In this document: positions 37,926 to 49,560 of the stretch, one piece after another | Position numbering within the stretch: the stretch's first letter is position 1 | How the letters are laid out: the number at the start of each line of letters is the position of its first letter | Source: Guillardia theta CCMP2712 | Lineage: Eukaryota; Protista; Cryptophyta | Direction: 5' to 3' | Length of the DNA stretch: 64,000 nucleotides | Assembly (NCBI RefSeq): GCF_000315625.1 | Contig: NW_005434663.1 | Span: 525,882-589,881 of the forward strand | Translations under genes and position numbers: made by a program | The notes under the pieces: generated by a model | The model's input: only the letters and a program-made list of their open reading frames with translations | Told to the model about the DNA's origin: nothing | Databases searched by the model: none

Positions 37926-38059
37926 TAATCAACCTGATAAATTGCGTCCCTTGTTCCCCCTCTCGTTTCGTCCTCAATCGACCCCTACTCTACTCTCCGC
38001 CATTCTGACCTGCTTTCTTACCGCCATTCCGGCATTTTGGTCATCCATCTTCCGCGGGT

Positions 38060-38345
38060 TATGAGTTCTGAGGGGTAGTCATGGACCCCTCTTGAGCACT
38101 TGAAACAGAGGGGTGTGTGTAGTGCATGGGGATCATGGTAACTTGAACGGTAGCTACAGGAAAGCAGGGGGTACTCTAACGAACATGGGGTGGCGGAAAG
38201 AAGGGGTGGTTCTTTTCATAGGTAGAAGTGGGGTACTTCTGGGTGGCATTGAAGGGGGTAGGCAGGAGGGATTGAAAAAGAGCATTCAAATGACGAAGGT
38301 GGGGTAGGAACAGAGCAGTCGGGACCGGGGTGTAGGGGTATCTTG
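38060..38345. promoter_or_regulatory. GGGGT(A/G)-motif array in a divergent promoter
   Basis: About 10 GGGGT motifs on the + strand between the coiled-coil and PDZ genes, followed by a purine-rich tract. Confidence 0.55.
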
Positions 38346-38532
38346 GTCATCGCAAGGCGAGAGGCGGCATGGCGTGAGTGCTGTGGTGTGCAAGAGGCAG
38401 AGGAAGGGAGCATGCAAGAGACGAGGATCCAGTGAATGAAAGGCGTGGGGGTGTAAGAAGAAGGCAGGCGGTTGATGCAAGAAGCCAGCGTTATACTTTA
38501 ACCATCATCTGTTAAGGAAGACCTCAGATACG

Positions 38533-41500
38533 ATGAACATATTTGGACGAAGGTCGAGCCAGAAGAAGAATTCAGGATCAAAAGCTTCATCACCATCACC
38601 TAATGTTTACAAGGAGAGATCTGCAGTAGATTTCCAAGCAGAGGAATTGAAACGCCTCCAAGGCCAGGAATCGACTCCGAATGAAGGTGCTGAATCCGGT
38701 TCAAAGAACGGTGCAAACGATACCGGCAACGCAGTTGAAACTCGAGACCAGAGGTTTGCACGATTGAAGAAATCGCTTGAGATTGCACTTCGCAATGGTG
38801 ACACAGATAGGATCATTGAAGGTTACCGAAATCTTGGTCAGCATTTCATGCAAGGAAAATCTTTGGCAGAGCAGCAAGCAGCAAAGCAGATGTTTGAAAA
38901 AGCACTCGAACATGCAGGGGTCACCTCGCCAGACAAAGGTTCTAGTGCAAATGAAGAATCAAAGAATGTTCATGACAACAAGCAGCTTCGTTCTAGTCAA
39001 GATACTCCCCCAATTTCTCGACCTGATGATACCGCGGCCAGAGTTGCGAGCCACCGGAACTCTAAACGACTTGTCTTGGAGCTCACACGGGCGCCTCTGC
39101 CTGGCATGGCTCCGGCGCCTGATGGTCTGGCGGGGGTAGGGTTTTCATTTGAGATGCAGCCGGATGGATCCCAGGTCATATCAACCCTTGCTCCAACTGG
39201 AAGTGCCGCAAGGAGCGGAAAGATCAAAGCAGGCGACATTCTGATCAGCGTCGACCATGTTCAGGTCAATAACATGCCGGCGACGGATATAATTCGGAGG
39301 GTGAAAGGTCAGCCTGGCTCTCGGGTAGTCCTTGAAATTGAAACCATGAATTATGAAGAAAACTCTGGAAGCAAGTCGCCCCCTGGGAGTAGAATCGGAA
39401 GTCCAAGTACACCGCTGCATAACATCCCTGAAACGATGAATGAGACCATGGAGTCAAATGTTGACATCAATAATCCTTCACCATTGCTTGAAAGCAATTT
39501 TCCAGCAGTGACAGCAGGTTGTTTTTGATGACTCACTGTTCCTTTGGAAGACATTAACTTTATACTCAGAATCTCCCAACATTCCACCGTTGCAGTTACC
39601 TGCTGCTCCTCCGAAGCAGGTAATTATTGAATCTATACTTCCTCTAAACATGACTTGAATCCATTCAGGAAACAATGACTACCCAAGCAACAGATGCCAA
39701 TGAGTCGTTCAGTTCACCTGAAAAATCTCCGAAGCATCCAGTCGTTCACAATGTGTCTGTACAGCAGTTTCTGCAAGAAATAGATCCACCAAAGAGTAAC
39801 AATCAGGAGCTGCCTCGAAAAGACAGCAGTTCATCGTCTTCTCAACAGATTCCGCAATCTCCTCAGCCTTCAGCACAGCCTGGCAATCAAGCTCAAGATA
39901 GTCGCGAGCCGAATGCAAATGCTCAAACCAATCCTCAGAATGGATATTTCTTCCCAGGTCAACCTCAAAATTATCCTTATCCCCTCACTCCTACAATGCT
40001 CCACCCCTCGCAACCTTTCGGTCCATTTCCCTTCCCCACTAATCCGTTTCAAGCACAACAGTATGTCTCCACATTCCCTCCAAACATCTTTTACAACTGG
40101 CCTCAAATGCAACAGATGCCTCCGAACGTCGAAGGGATGCAGCCCTCTTGGCAGTATCCGGTACCCAACATGCCACAACCGGATACTCCTGCTGGAAAAG
40201 CGTTGCCTCCCGAACCAAGTATTCCTGCGCCGCAAATGAACGTGCCGCCAAGCATGCAGCACGCGGCCTCGAATGCAAACAGCAATGGATTTATCAACAA
40301 TAGCGCAGGACCAGCAACTGTCATGGTTCAGAATTCTGTTGCATCGTCGTCGAATGCCGTTCAAAAATCTCCTGACACATCTCCCTTATCATCAAAGGTG
40401 CTTTTCGAACCTCCGAAAGAACCTCTGGCACCTTTAGCTCAAGATTCTGCTGGTGACAATCAGAGTTTAGGAGGAAAAAGGAGGGGCAAACGACTTGTCC
40501 TCATACGAGAATCAGCCAAAGGTCAGGTCGTTCTTCCAGAACAGCGAATTGGGATCGGTTTAAACTTGTCAGCCAAGAAAGCTAATCAACGCGCTCCGTT
40601 CGTGGTCGAGAGCTTGGTCCCGGACTCCCCTGCAGCTCGCAGCAATCAAATTTCAGTAGGAGACATCCTCTACTCAATCGATGGCATGAGGGTGAAAGAG
40701 AAGAATCTGACTGAGGTCATTCAAATGCTCAAGGGGCCAGTAGGCTCCCAAGTGGTTGTGGTGTTTCAATTGAAAGAAGGCCCCGTCGCTCCCCCGAATC
40801 ACACGCCCAGTTTGAACAATGACTCTCGGAATTTTGTCATGAAGTTTGAAGTGATATCTGCTGATGGGTTGCCAACCTCACCGACCACGGATACTGGTCT
40901 CTACGACCCTTACTGTTGTGTGTCGATCTTGTCGGATTGTTCCGAGTCTGAAGAAAATTACTTTGCCCTCCGTCTGCAGCCAGGCTTCGCGCAGTATACA
41001 ACCATCATCCAGCGGAAGACTCTCAATCCACTCTGGAACGAAAGTTTTGTCCTTCATGACATGTATGCATTGGACAAATCCCGTCAATTTTCCTCTCAGC
41101 GTTCTTCGCTTAATGGTAACTCTGTAACTCTGGTGTTTTCAATTTTCTCGGACAGCCCAGCGTCTAGCTCTGAGCTTGTTGGATTCTGCAAGATTCGAAA
41201 CTTCTCCCCTGGCACATCGTCGGAGAGCAATCTTCACCTCCTGGATAAGAATGGCAATGAGAGACAGTTTTCTGGGATCCCTTCCACTCTGAACGTGAAG
41301 CTCTCCTACCACAGCTCGCGCCCTGATGAGCTGGAGCATCAGAGCAGCACCAGCAGCAGGCTCACCGACACTGCCTTTTCCACTCCGGTTCGAAAGGACT
41401 GGGCACAGCAAGGAGCGACGCCGTTGAACGATGCAGCTCTTACCAAGACCCAGCTCGAAGGGAAGGGGAGGCGGTCGAAGAACTCCACGATGTCAGCTCA

Positions 41501-43100
41501 GAAAAGCTCTAATGCTGGCGGAAGCCTTGCGGCCCTGTGGGTCAGTGCGCATCCTCCACTGCAGACCAAGCGCTTGCTGGATATGACAAGGGAGAATGAC
41601 ACGACAAGGGAGAATGAGTCGGAGGGAAGGTCGGATGCCTGGATTACCTCCCCCATCTTCACCTCGTCAGGGTCAAGCGGAATCCCCTTGTTCGATCAGC
41701 AAGGTTCCATGTCAAAAAGAACTTCTCAATTCCCTGAACCGGTTCGTCGTGAACTAGAAAGTAAGGAGAGACAGATCTCCGGGCTGAAAACAGAAAATGC
41801 CAGGTTGATGGAAAGGATTCAAGAAATTTCCCTCATGAACGAGACGTCGTTAGAGTCCTCGCACACTGCCCTTCAAAGGATGAGGGAGGAACTCGACAAG
41901 AAAACGGAGAAACTGAGGAATTTGCAGTACATCGTTGACAACGCTGGGCCTTCACAGAAGAGGCTGGAAGAACAACTCGCATCAGCCCAGCAGCTCGTGA
42001 GGGGATCGATGCTTCAGCATGAGAAGTTCGAGGAGCAGACTCAGAAGAAGGATAAAGAGATTGAGGACTTGAGGAGGGAGAAGGAGCTTCTGGAAAAGGA
42101 GCTCCAGGCGTACAAGATCGAGTCATTCTCCGACAACGGCGGGTCCAGCAGGGAGGGGTCAAGCTCGCTGCACGAGCTCATAGATGCTGAGAGGAGGAAG
42201 TTCAAGAAAGCTCTGGCTGAAGAGCGATCCCGAGCTGCAGACGCGCTTGAACGGGAGCGAGCGAAGCATGAAACCATCGTGAGGGACCTGGAGATGAAGC
42301 ATGCGGCACAACAGCGCGACAGGAGCTCCAACGGGGACCTCTTGCACGAGAACGAGGAACTGCACAAGGACGTCTCGATCATCCGAGCGGCGCTGGATCG
42401 GGAGAAGGAGAGATACTCCAACCTGTTCTCGCAGATGCACGAGGAGCTCGCCCTGCTGAAGCGTCAGGCAGCCAGCAGCTCAGCAGATACTTCGGAGCGA
42501 GGGAGCCATTCGGTGGTCAAAACTTGGTACAGAGGAAGCAAGAAGGAGGAGGAGTACACGAGCAGGATATCGAAGCTCGAGGCTTCTCTGGCCAAGATCA
42601 CAACGGAGCGAGACAAGCTGAAACTCGAGAACGAGTCGCTACAAGGAGAAACTCAGGACAAGGAACAGAAGATCCGCTCGCAGAAAGATGCTGAGAAGCA
42701 TCAGTCGCAACTAGAGATGGACAAGAAGCAAGCGATCCAAGAGCTCCGAGAGTATGAGATGGAGGTCGAGAGGCTGCACGAGGAGAAGGAGAAGTTCAGG
42801 AGCCAGCTCTCGGAGGCAGAGAGAGAAAACGAAGAGCTGAGGGGGAGGCTGAGGACGATGGAGCTGACAAGAAGCTCATCGCACTCTGAGAATGGAAACA
42901 ATCTGGTTGACGAGCTGGAAAGCAGACTGAAGGAGAAGGAAAAAGCTTACAGCAAGCTGCAGAAGGTGATGTCAAGCCCTGTGCCCTTGTTGTGAGTTGT
43001 TTGATCTCTTTCACAGGAACATAAAAGACTGCAAATCCTTGCAGCAAGTAGATCCGGCGGATCTATCCGATGATCGATGGCGAGGTCTTCGGTTTCGAGC
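38533..43100 (+). CDS. PDZ-PDZ-C2 protein with a C-terminal coiled coil
   Basis: PDZ1 GVGFSF...GSAARSGKIKAGDILISVD; PDZ2 GIGLNL...SPAARSNQISVGDILYSIDG; C2 EVISADGLP...DPYC...RKTLNPLWNESF; long heptad region. ORFs 38533-39528 and 39675-42995 are joined by short introns. Confidence 0.85.
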
Positions 43101-43444
43101 GCTGTATTCTTCAAGTAAACCTTATAGCATCTAACCAGCTTGAGCTTGCCCCTCCAGTTTGCCTCTTGAACTTCTCCCTCTCCTCTTGTTCCTCCTAGCA
43201 TTGTAATTCCTTTCCTTCATCCCTCGGTTCACATTCATTGCCAAATGTAATTTGCAGTTCATGCAGCTTGCTGCTCGCTTTCCTGCATGCACGCACTCTC
43301 CCTTGCCATGCATTCCCTTTCACTCCCCTCTCCTCTTGCTCTCCGCTCATTTCGCCATCACTCTACTGCACTCCACACATAGTGTGCTCTTGCCTCCAAT
43401 CCTTCTTACTTCACTTGTATTTCATATCCCTTTGCGCCCCCTCC

Positions 43445-43500
43445 CTCTGTCTCTGTCTCTGTCTCTGTCTCTGTCTCTGTCTCTGTCTCTGTCCCTGTCT
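43445..43500. repeat. (TCTCTG)n microsatellite
   Basis: Read directly. Confidence 0.9.
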
Positions 43501-43746
43501 CGTCTCTGTCTCCCTCACGGCATGCTTGTTTGTTCTTTACCTTCGCACTCTTACAGCCTTCCCTCCTCCTCCTCCCCACCACTTTCTGAGGCAACGCCTT
43601 CTCCGCATCCCCTCCCCACCACTTCCGTCTCCTCCCTCTAACACCTCGCGCTCTGCGTCCATTTCATTTCCCGTGACTTTGTTTGATAATAGACCGGCAG
43701 CCATGCTTGCCCAGGTGCGCAGCATGTGGGTGCCGCGGGCAGTGAG

Positions 43747-44126
43747 CTACCATGCTGCTGCCGTGATAGGGGCGATGACTCCATGGGTCATGCGTTCCAT
43801 TGTCTCGCCTCCCAACGTCGCCATGATCATGGCAGGGCCGGCTGTAGCATGCTGCTCTTCGCAAGCCTTCCTGCTCCTGATGAGGAGCTGGGAGGAATTC
43901 CTCGGGGATTTCAGCGAGGAGGTGAGAGAAGCTGACTTGGCGTCTGTGCGAGCATGACGAGTAGCGCAGGTCCTGCAAGATCGCAGGTCCATCCCTCTCT
44001 GGATGGTGAGCGTCGTCAGCATCCCAGCATGGGTCGTGGGGTTCATCTTGTACAGCGTTGGCTCAAACTTCTTGTAACATACCGACGGGGGGAGACCAGC
44101 AGGTTCGTAGAGTGTGGATGTTGGCC
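43747..44126 (-). CDS. Possible small hypothetical protein or terminal exons
   Basis: Open minus-strand frame after a TAAG acceptor near 44127 (PTSTLYEPAGLPPSVCYKKFEPTLYKMNPTTHAG...). No homology recognised. Confidence 0.25.
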
Positions 44127-44231
44127 TTAGTCGACATCAGCTTTGTACAATATTGATATATTACATTCATGTGCATTATTCTACCACTAGTGAACATCAA
44201 GAGCTGAGGATGTGTTCGAGCATGAAAAAAC

Positions 44232-46110
44232 TCAAGGAGATCTCATCCTTGCAGGAGGGGATCCGATCGGAACCCCCCTCCAAGTTCTTCTTGAAATCGT
44301 CGAGGATGCTCGTGTTCCTGCGCACCATCGAGGGTCAGACAGGCCCCAACCTCCGAGAGCGGCCGATGACCTGAGGTGTGTGAAGATAAGCTCCTTGTCC
44401 TGTATGTCTCCATCGCTACGTGCGATCTGCCCACACACGCCCGTCACCCGGTACAGCCTCTCCTCCCCTTCCACTCACCGCCACGAAATCCGTCAGAGGA
44501 GTCAACTGCTCGACTGCCTTGGGCGACATCTGCACCCCCACCCGTCAGGACGGCAGTGCTGCTCCGTCGCACATTTCGCACCTCGACAGAGAGGTCGACG
44601 ACCTGCCGGGAGATGCACCGCCCCGTGCGGATGCACCGCTGCTGGACTCTCTCCCAGATGATTTCTCGATCGCACATGACGTGAATGATTCCGATCCGGT
44701 AGTGAGGATACCTGGTTGGCAAGTTATTCGTCTACCCGCCCCGATCACACGACGTCACTGACTTGGTTCGGATCTGCGTCAGATATTCCCGATACCACTC
44801 GGCGTTGGACAAGGACCCATCCACTATCAAATGCTTGCTGCCCTCCATCAGCTTTCGCACAATCACCTCCTGCCATAACAGCAAGCTGAGTCAAGAAGGA
44901 AGAGCGTAAAGCAATGGAAACGCACTTGTAAGAACCCCGATTCATTATGCGTGGCGTGCCCTGCTAGAATGATGTTCTTGTTTGGATTCGGCCCAGGATT
45001 TCGAGAGATGTAATGCTGGTAGATTGAAGCCTCAGCAATTCCCAATGCCGTAGAAGCAAAGTACCTTCATCTCAGGTAACTGGTATTTCACTGTATCAGG
45101 ATCCACCTGAGCCAGCGCGAGTCAACAGTCTTGTCATAGCCAGAGCTACTTCTCACCTTCACCATGAGACGGAGCGAGTCCACACCACTAGCTTCCAACT
45201 GCGAGATCGTCCTCGACTTGCCTGCACCCATTGCCCCCGCTGTAAAGATGATCCATGGCCGATCAGAATGAACTCCTGAGTCGCACCAGTACTTGACAAT
45301 CTCATCCTGCAGCCGCTGTCGCTCTTCGATATAGTTCACGTGATAGTTGTAGTCCAAGGCAGATCTGACTTGTTTGTAGACGCCATGAAAGTTCTCCTTC
45401 TTCGCCGGGGCTGCATAGTTGTAGTTCGTAGTCCTGTTCCAATCGAAGCTTTCTGGGATCCTGAAATTGGCTCTATCCGCAAACGTATCGGCGATGGGGT
45501 CAATGAAGTTGGTGTCATACGTGTCCCAGCTGTCTACTCCGCCCGAAATCTCCCAGGGGAACCCATGATACGCGTGCTCATCGCCGTCCTCTGTATACAT
45601 CGGTGCCTCCCCATCCCCCAAAGAGAATTCTCCTTCTGATCCCAACCACTCTACGTCCCGAGGCATCAGATCTCCATCCCATGTGTACACCATAGGAGGG
45701 TTAGAACGCCACGCCCTCTCGTTGACTCGCTGCTTCTCTTGGCCGTCGATATCCAACTTATCTCCATCCTCCTTATCGTCTTCGGGGGTGATTTTATTCG
45801 CAGAAGACGAACAGGAGCAGGAGGCTCTCAGCCCATCGCGAACAAAGCGTCTCGTGATCTTCTCATGGAGGAAGGAACAACATGGCCCCTTGAGCTTGTA
45901 GGCTGATCGACTCAACAGGTTCTTCCTCTCCCTCCGTTGCAGTCCCGGCTGCGAGAGGATCCAGCAAGGAGAAGCAGAGGGGTGGAATCCACAATCGTTC
46001 TGACGGAGCTGCTTCAAGGAAAGGAGGGAGGATCTCGAGCAGGCTGCTCGGATCATGGCGAAGAGGATAGCGTGGGTTGCGGCGCTACTCCTCATGCTGG
46101 CTGGCCGCAT
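44232..46110 (-). CDS. Zeta-toxin-like P-loop kinase domain protein with an N-terminal targeting-like extension
   Basis: Walker A PWIIFTAGAMGAGKS; spliced VDPD, THNESGF, IVDGSLSNAEWY and YRIGIIHVMCDREIIWERVQQRCIRTGR match the Zeta_toxin family layout. 3' end approximate. Confidence 0.8.
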
Positions 46111-46519
46111 CCTCAAGCCATATCTGCCATCGTTTGATGACCCTTGTGATTCCGGAGGGGTCAACTCAACACTTTGCTTTGAAATATATTGACTTCGTTT
46201 TTCAAAGTTACATTGTAGGATTGAACATATACGATTAGTTTGGAGCTATTCATTCAATTTCAAATAGTCACGCACAGTCAGCCCTCTGGAGAAGGGTGAA
46301 GGTCAGCACTTGCTTGAAATATCTTATAGTCTCACATATGATAATTTGTACCTTTGCAACAGAGCAGTGTAATGAATTGCTATTCATGTGTAGACCTTGT
46401 GGATCCAGAGGTAAGAGGATACAGCTTTTATACTAGGGATGTTGTTATAAAATCCTCCCTGTGCAGCCAATGGAATTCTGCTCTGGTGAGGTCGGTATGA
46501 GTCAGAAGAAAAACTCGTA

Positions 46520-46885
46520 CCAGCTGGCCCGCCGGCGCCCGGATCGGACTCAGGGCCCGGTCGGCCCGCGGCGCGGCGCCCGGCGCCGTGCCAGTAGTGA
46601 CGAGTCGGGACTCCGGGAGCCTGTCACTACTGATCATCGGATAGGTCAGGCTCGGCTCGGAGTCACTCCGTCGCCGACGGCCGGGCTGAGCATTTCGGAC
46701 CAGCGCCGTCACGACGCCCGTCACGGTGTCAGGCACGCACAGTGACTGGCCCGGCCTGCCCGCGGCCCGGCGGCCAGCGGCTGGGATCGTACTCCTGGCG
46801 GCAGTGACTGAGCTGCTGACTGAGCTGGCCGGACTGAGAGTCTGCTGGGTCTGAGGGGGATGAGGGGGATGAGGGGGATGTGGCC
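46520..46885. repeat. Large GC-rich palindrome island ending in (GAGGGGGAT)3
   Basis: CAGTAGTGAC(46592-46601)..GTCACTACTG(46623-46632); CGGAGT-C-ACTCCG; CCGTCG-C-CGACGG; dense CCGG/GGCC/CTGAG/GTGAC. Confidence 0.8.
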
Positions 46886-47521
46886 CTCGTGCAGTATTCT
46901 GGGAAATTTTTTGGAGTAATTTCAGGGATAAATTTGGTTCGTTGAAAACTTGTCTCTTAATTTCAAACTATTGACCAAATGTTCGTGCACTTAAGAAGTG
47001 CGCTGACGCGTACAATGTGCTAGGGGGACGAAAAGCGGGAGTACACGAGGGAGGGAGGGGGAGAGGGAAGGATGGGGGAAGGGATGACTGATGATACAAT
47101 GGAGATGATGAGATGGGAAGAGAGCAACAAGGGAGAGAGGAAGCAGCAAGTTACAGTACGAGGGAACATGGGAAATGGTAGATCAATATGAAGAAGTCAA
47201 GAGTGGACATCAGATTTGGACAAGATATTTCATTGGGAAGGAGATTGACACAAGAGACCGGAACTCAAACAGTAACGTTCTTGGAGAAGCAGCAAGGAAA
47301 CTCATTGAGAACCCTGTTTAGTCCAAGCATAGAGATCCCTGGGGTAACTCAAGGGTGACTGAGAGGACCGAGAAAAGAAAAGCTAGGGACGAGAACTATC
47401 ATGAAAACCTCATCACGAAAGCCCTGCTTTGAGTCCGATTCATTTCTTTGTTTCACAGAAATCTGAAAGCCAGTGAACGTATACTTCAACCGTTGCGAGT
47501 TCATCACCTTCCTTGGACAAG

Positions 47522-49327
47522 ATGAGTGATCTTGATGATTGGGGTAGGCACTGCAGCAATCCCTGTTCCTGCATCGTTGACGGCGTTTCCTTCAATGCAG
47601 AGAACGCCGACGAAGATGACATTCAACTTCAGAAGAAGCCTGACGAAGATGAATGGTCTGACAAGGAAGAGGAGGAGGAGGTGAGGCGGTTACGCGGCCT
47701 CGTGCGCTATGGCTGAAAAGTGTTCTTGTAGGAGGACCCTGATGAGAAAATGGCGAAGTTGAGAGAGGAGAAGGCAAAACTCCTTGAGAGGTCAGCAGAG
47801 AAGGTAAGTAGACACCATTGACAAGCATGCCCAGGCTGAGCGAGATCGACGACATCCTCCCCAAAGAACTCCCCAAGGAGAGCTCCAAGAAGGGGAAGGC
47901 TACCAAGAGGCTGATCAAGGAGAAGGAGGAGGAAGAGAAACGCCGCGCTGAAGAGATGACGAAGAGTGAGGCCCAGGTGAGATCCGAGAGGTCTCCTCCC
48001 TCCCTGCACGCCTGTGTTGACCCTGCTGTAGGTCTCCTTGCAGCGCAAGATTGAAGAGAGTGACTTTGAGAACGCTCAAGACATGTTTGGTGAAAAAGAG
48101 CAGCCGCGAGGTTTGCAGCGGTTCCTCTCACCATCACTTGGTACAGGCAGTGGAGGCAAGGCACAAGAAGGAACATCTGACAGTGGCCGGTTTGAGAGTT
48201 GGAATCTCTCCTGCAACTCCAAGCAGAAGGACGTCGAGGAGTTTGCTGAGTACACCGCTGCCAAGATCATCAAGTTTCAGGTTTCTTGCGCAAGTACTGT
48301 TCCTTCTTGATCGGTGGAGTGCAGGATGAGTTCCTCTACCTCGCTCTTATTCGCAAGCTCCTTCAGGAGACGACCAAGTCGATTGTAAGAATGAAGTTGA
48401 CAATTGTGCTCGACCTTACAGCATGGCAGGACTCCAACCAGGTCAAGGAGCTCATGCTTGTCTTGACCAAGGGGCGAGAGGTGCTCTTCATACCACATCA
48501 CAAGATCGACCAGTCACTGCTGTGCTTGCAGGACTTCAACGTCGCTGATCTTCTCAGATACCTCATCCGTGATGCCGACAAGGACCTGAGCGAGGCTGAC
48601 ATTGAGGTTGTTGCCTTGCTGACATGCTGCTCCTTGACTCGGGCCCGTCCAGGATATGTTGAACAAGGAGCTCAAGATTGAAGAGAAGGCTCTTGCCTCC
48701 AAGAGCCGCAGCAAGGCCCCTGAGAAGGTTAGAGAGGAGTGCAGCAGGAGGGCGACGGCGGAGCGTTCTTGGCAAGGGTTGACATGCATGACGTCTCGTA
48801 CACAGGTGAAGCTGACCGCAAGGCAGCTGCTGATGAAGGTGCTCCTGCACGACCTTGTTAGAGACTGCAAGCCCGAGGAAGTCCTCAGGATCATCGAGGA
48901 GGTTCTTGCTGCCCTCTCCTCCTTCCTGCCACTCAAACTTTGACCAGGGCTGCGGGTTGACCCTCACCAGGGAGCAGCAGGGCAAGGTAAGCCTCCTCTT
49001 GCTCTCCCTCCTGCCCTCCCATGCTCACTCTCCCTCCCTTTAGATCGCCCACAAGAAGGCTGAGCTGCAAGGAGACCCGAGCGCGCAGAAGCAGGCGGGC
49101 AAGGGCTCTGCCCGCGTCGCAGACCACAAGAGCATGTCTATGTATGATGACTCCTCTCCTCGCTCCCTTCCCCTTCCGCACTTGGCTAATCCAGGGGCAG
49201 GTACGATGCCTTTGGTACTGGAGGAGGAGAGGACTGGGGAGGCGGTGGTGGCACTCGAGGAGACGAGTGAGTCTTGATGCCACGTTGCTCTCGTGCTGAC
49301 CGCGTTCTCAGCTATGATTTCATGTAA
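47522..49327 (+). CDS. EIF3J: Translation initiation factor 3 subunit J
   Basis: Acidic N-terminus MSDLDDW...DEDEWSD; QRKIEESDFENAQDMFG; C-terminus ..DDYDFM*. Many short introns. Confidence 0.85.
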
Positions 49328-49560
49328 AGCCAGCAAACAGTCCACGACGAGGTTCGGAAGAGGTTTGACTGGCCACTTGTGGTCCTTTATGATCAGGATC
49401 TTAATTACATATGATTGCATTTGGAGTAGTTCAATCAGCGTTGCTGCCATCCCCTCGGCGCCCCCCTTCCTGTCATCTATCCTGTTCCCTTGTTGATCCC
49501 TGTCCCTTCCACTCTTGTTCTTTCCCTCCTCCTCCTTCCCCTCCCTCCATCCAAGCTCTC

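Noticed and set aside
41585-41618. 18-bp tandem duplication (TRENDT/TRENES) in the PDZ-C2 gene
   Set aside because: An in-frame slippage duplication in a disordered linker, which is ordinary
43238-43957. 239-aa ORF with an LCLCLC run
   Set aside because: It spans the (TCTCTG)n microsatellite and pyrimidine tracts and has no domain signal
46428-46745. ORFs across the palindrome island; CRISPR or tRNA interpretation
   Set aside because: Stop codons are scarce simply because of the high GC. There is no repeat-spacer periodicity and no cloverleaf or T-loop consensus.
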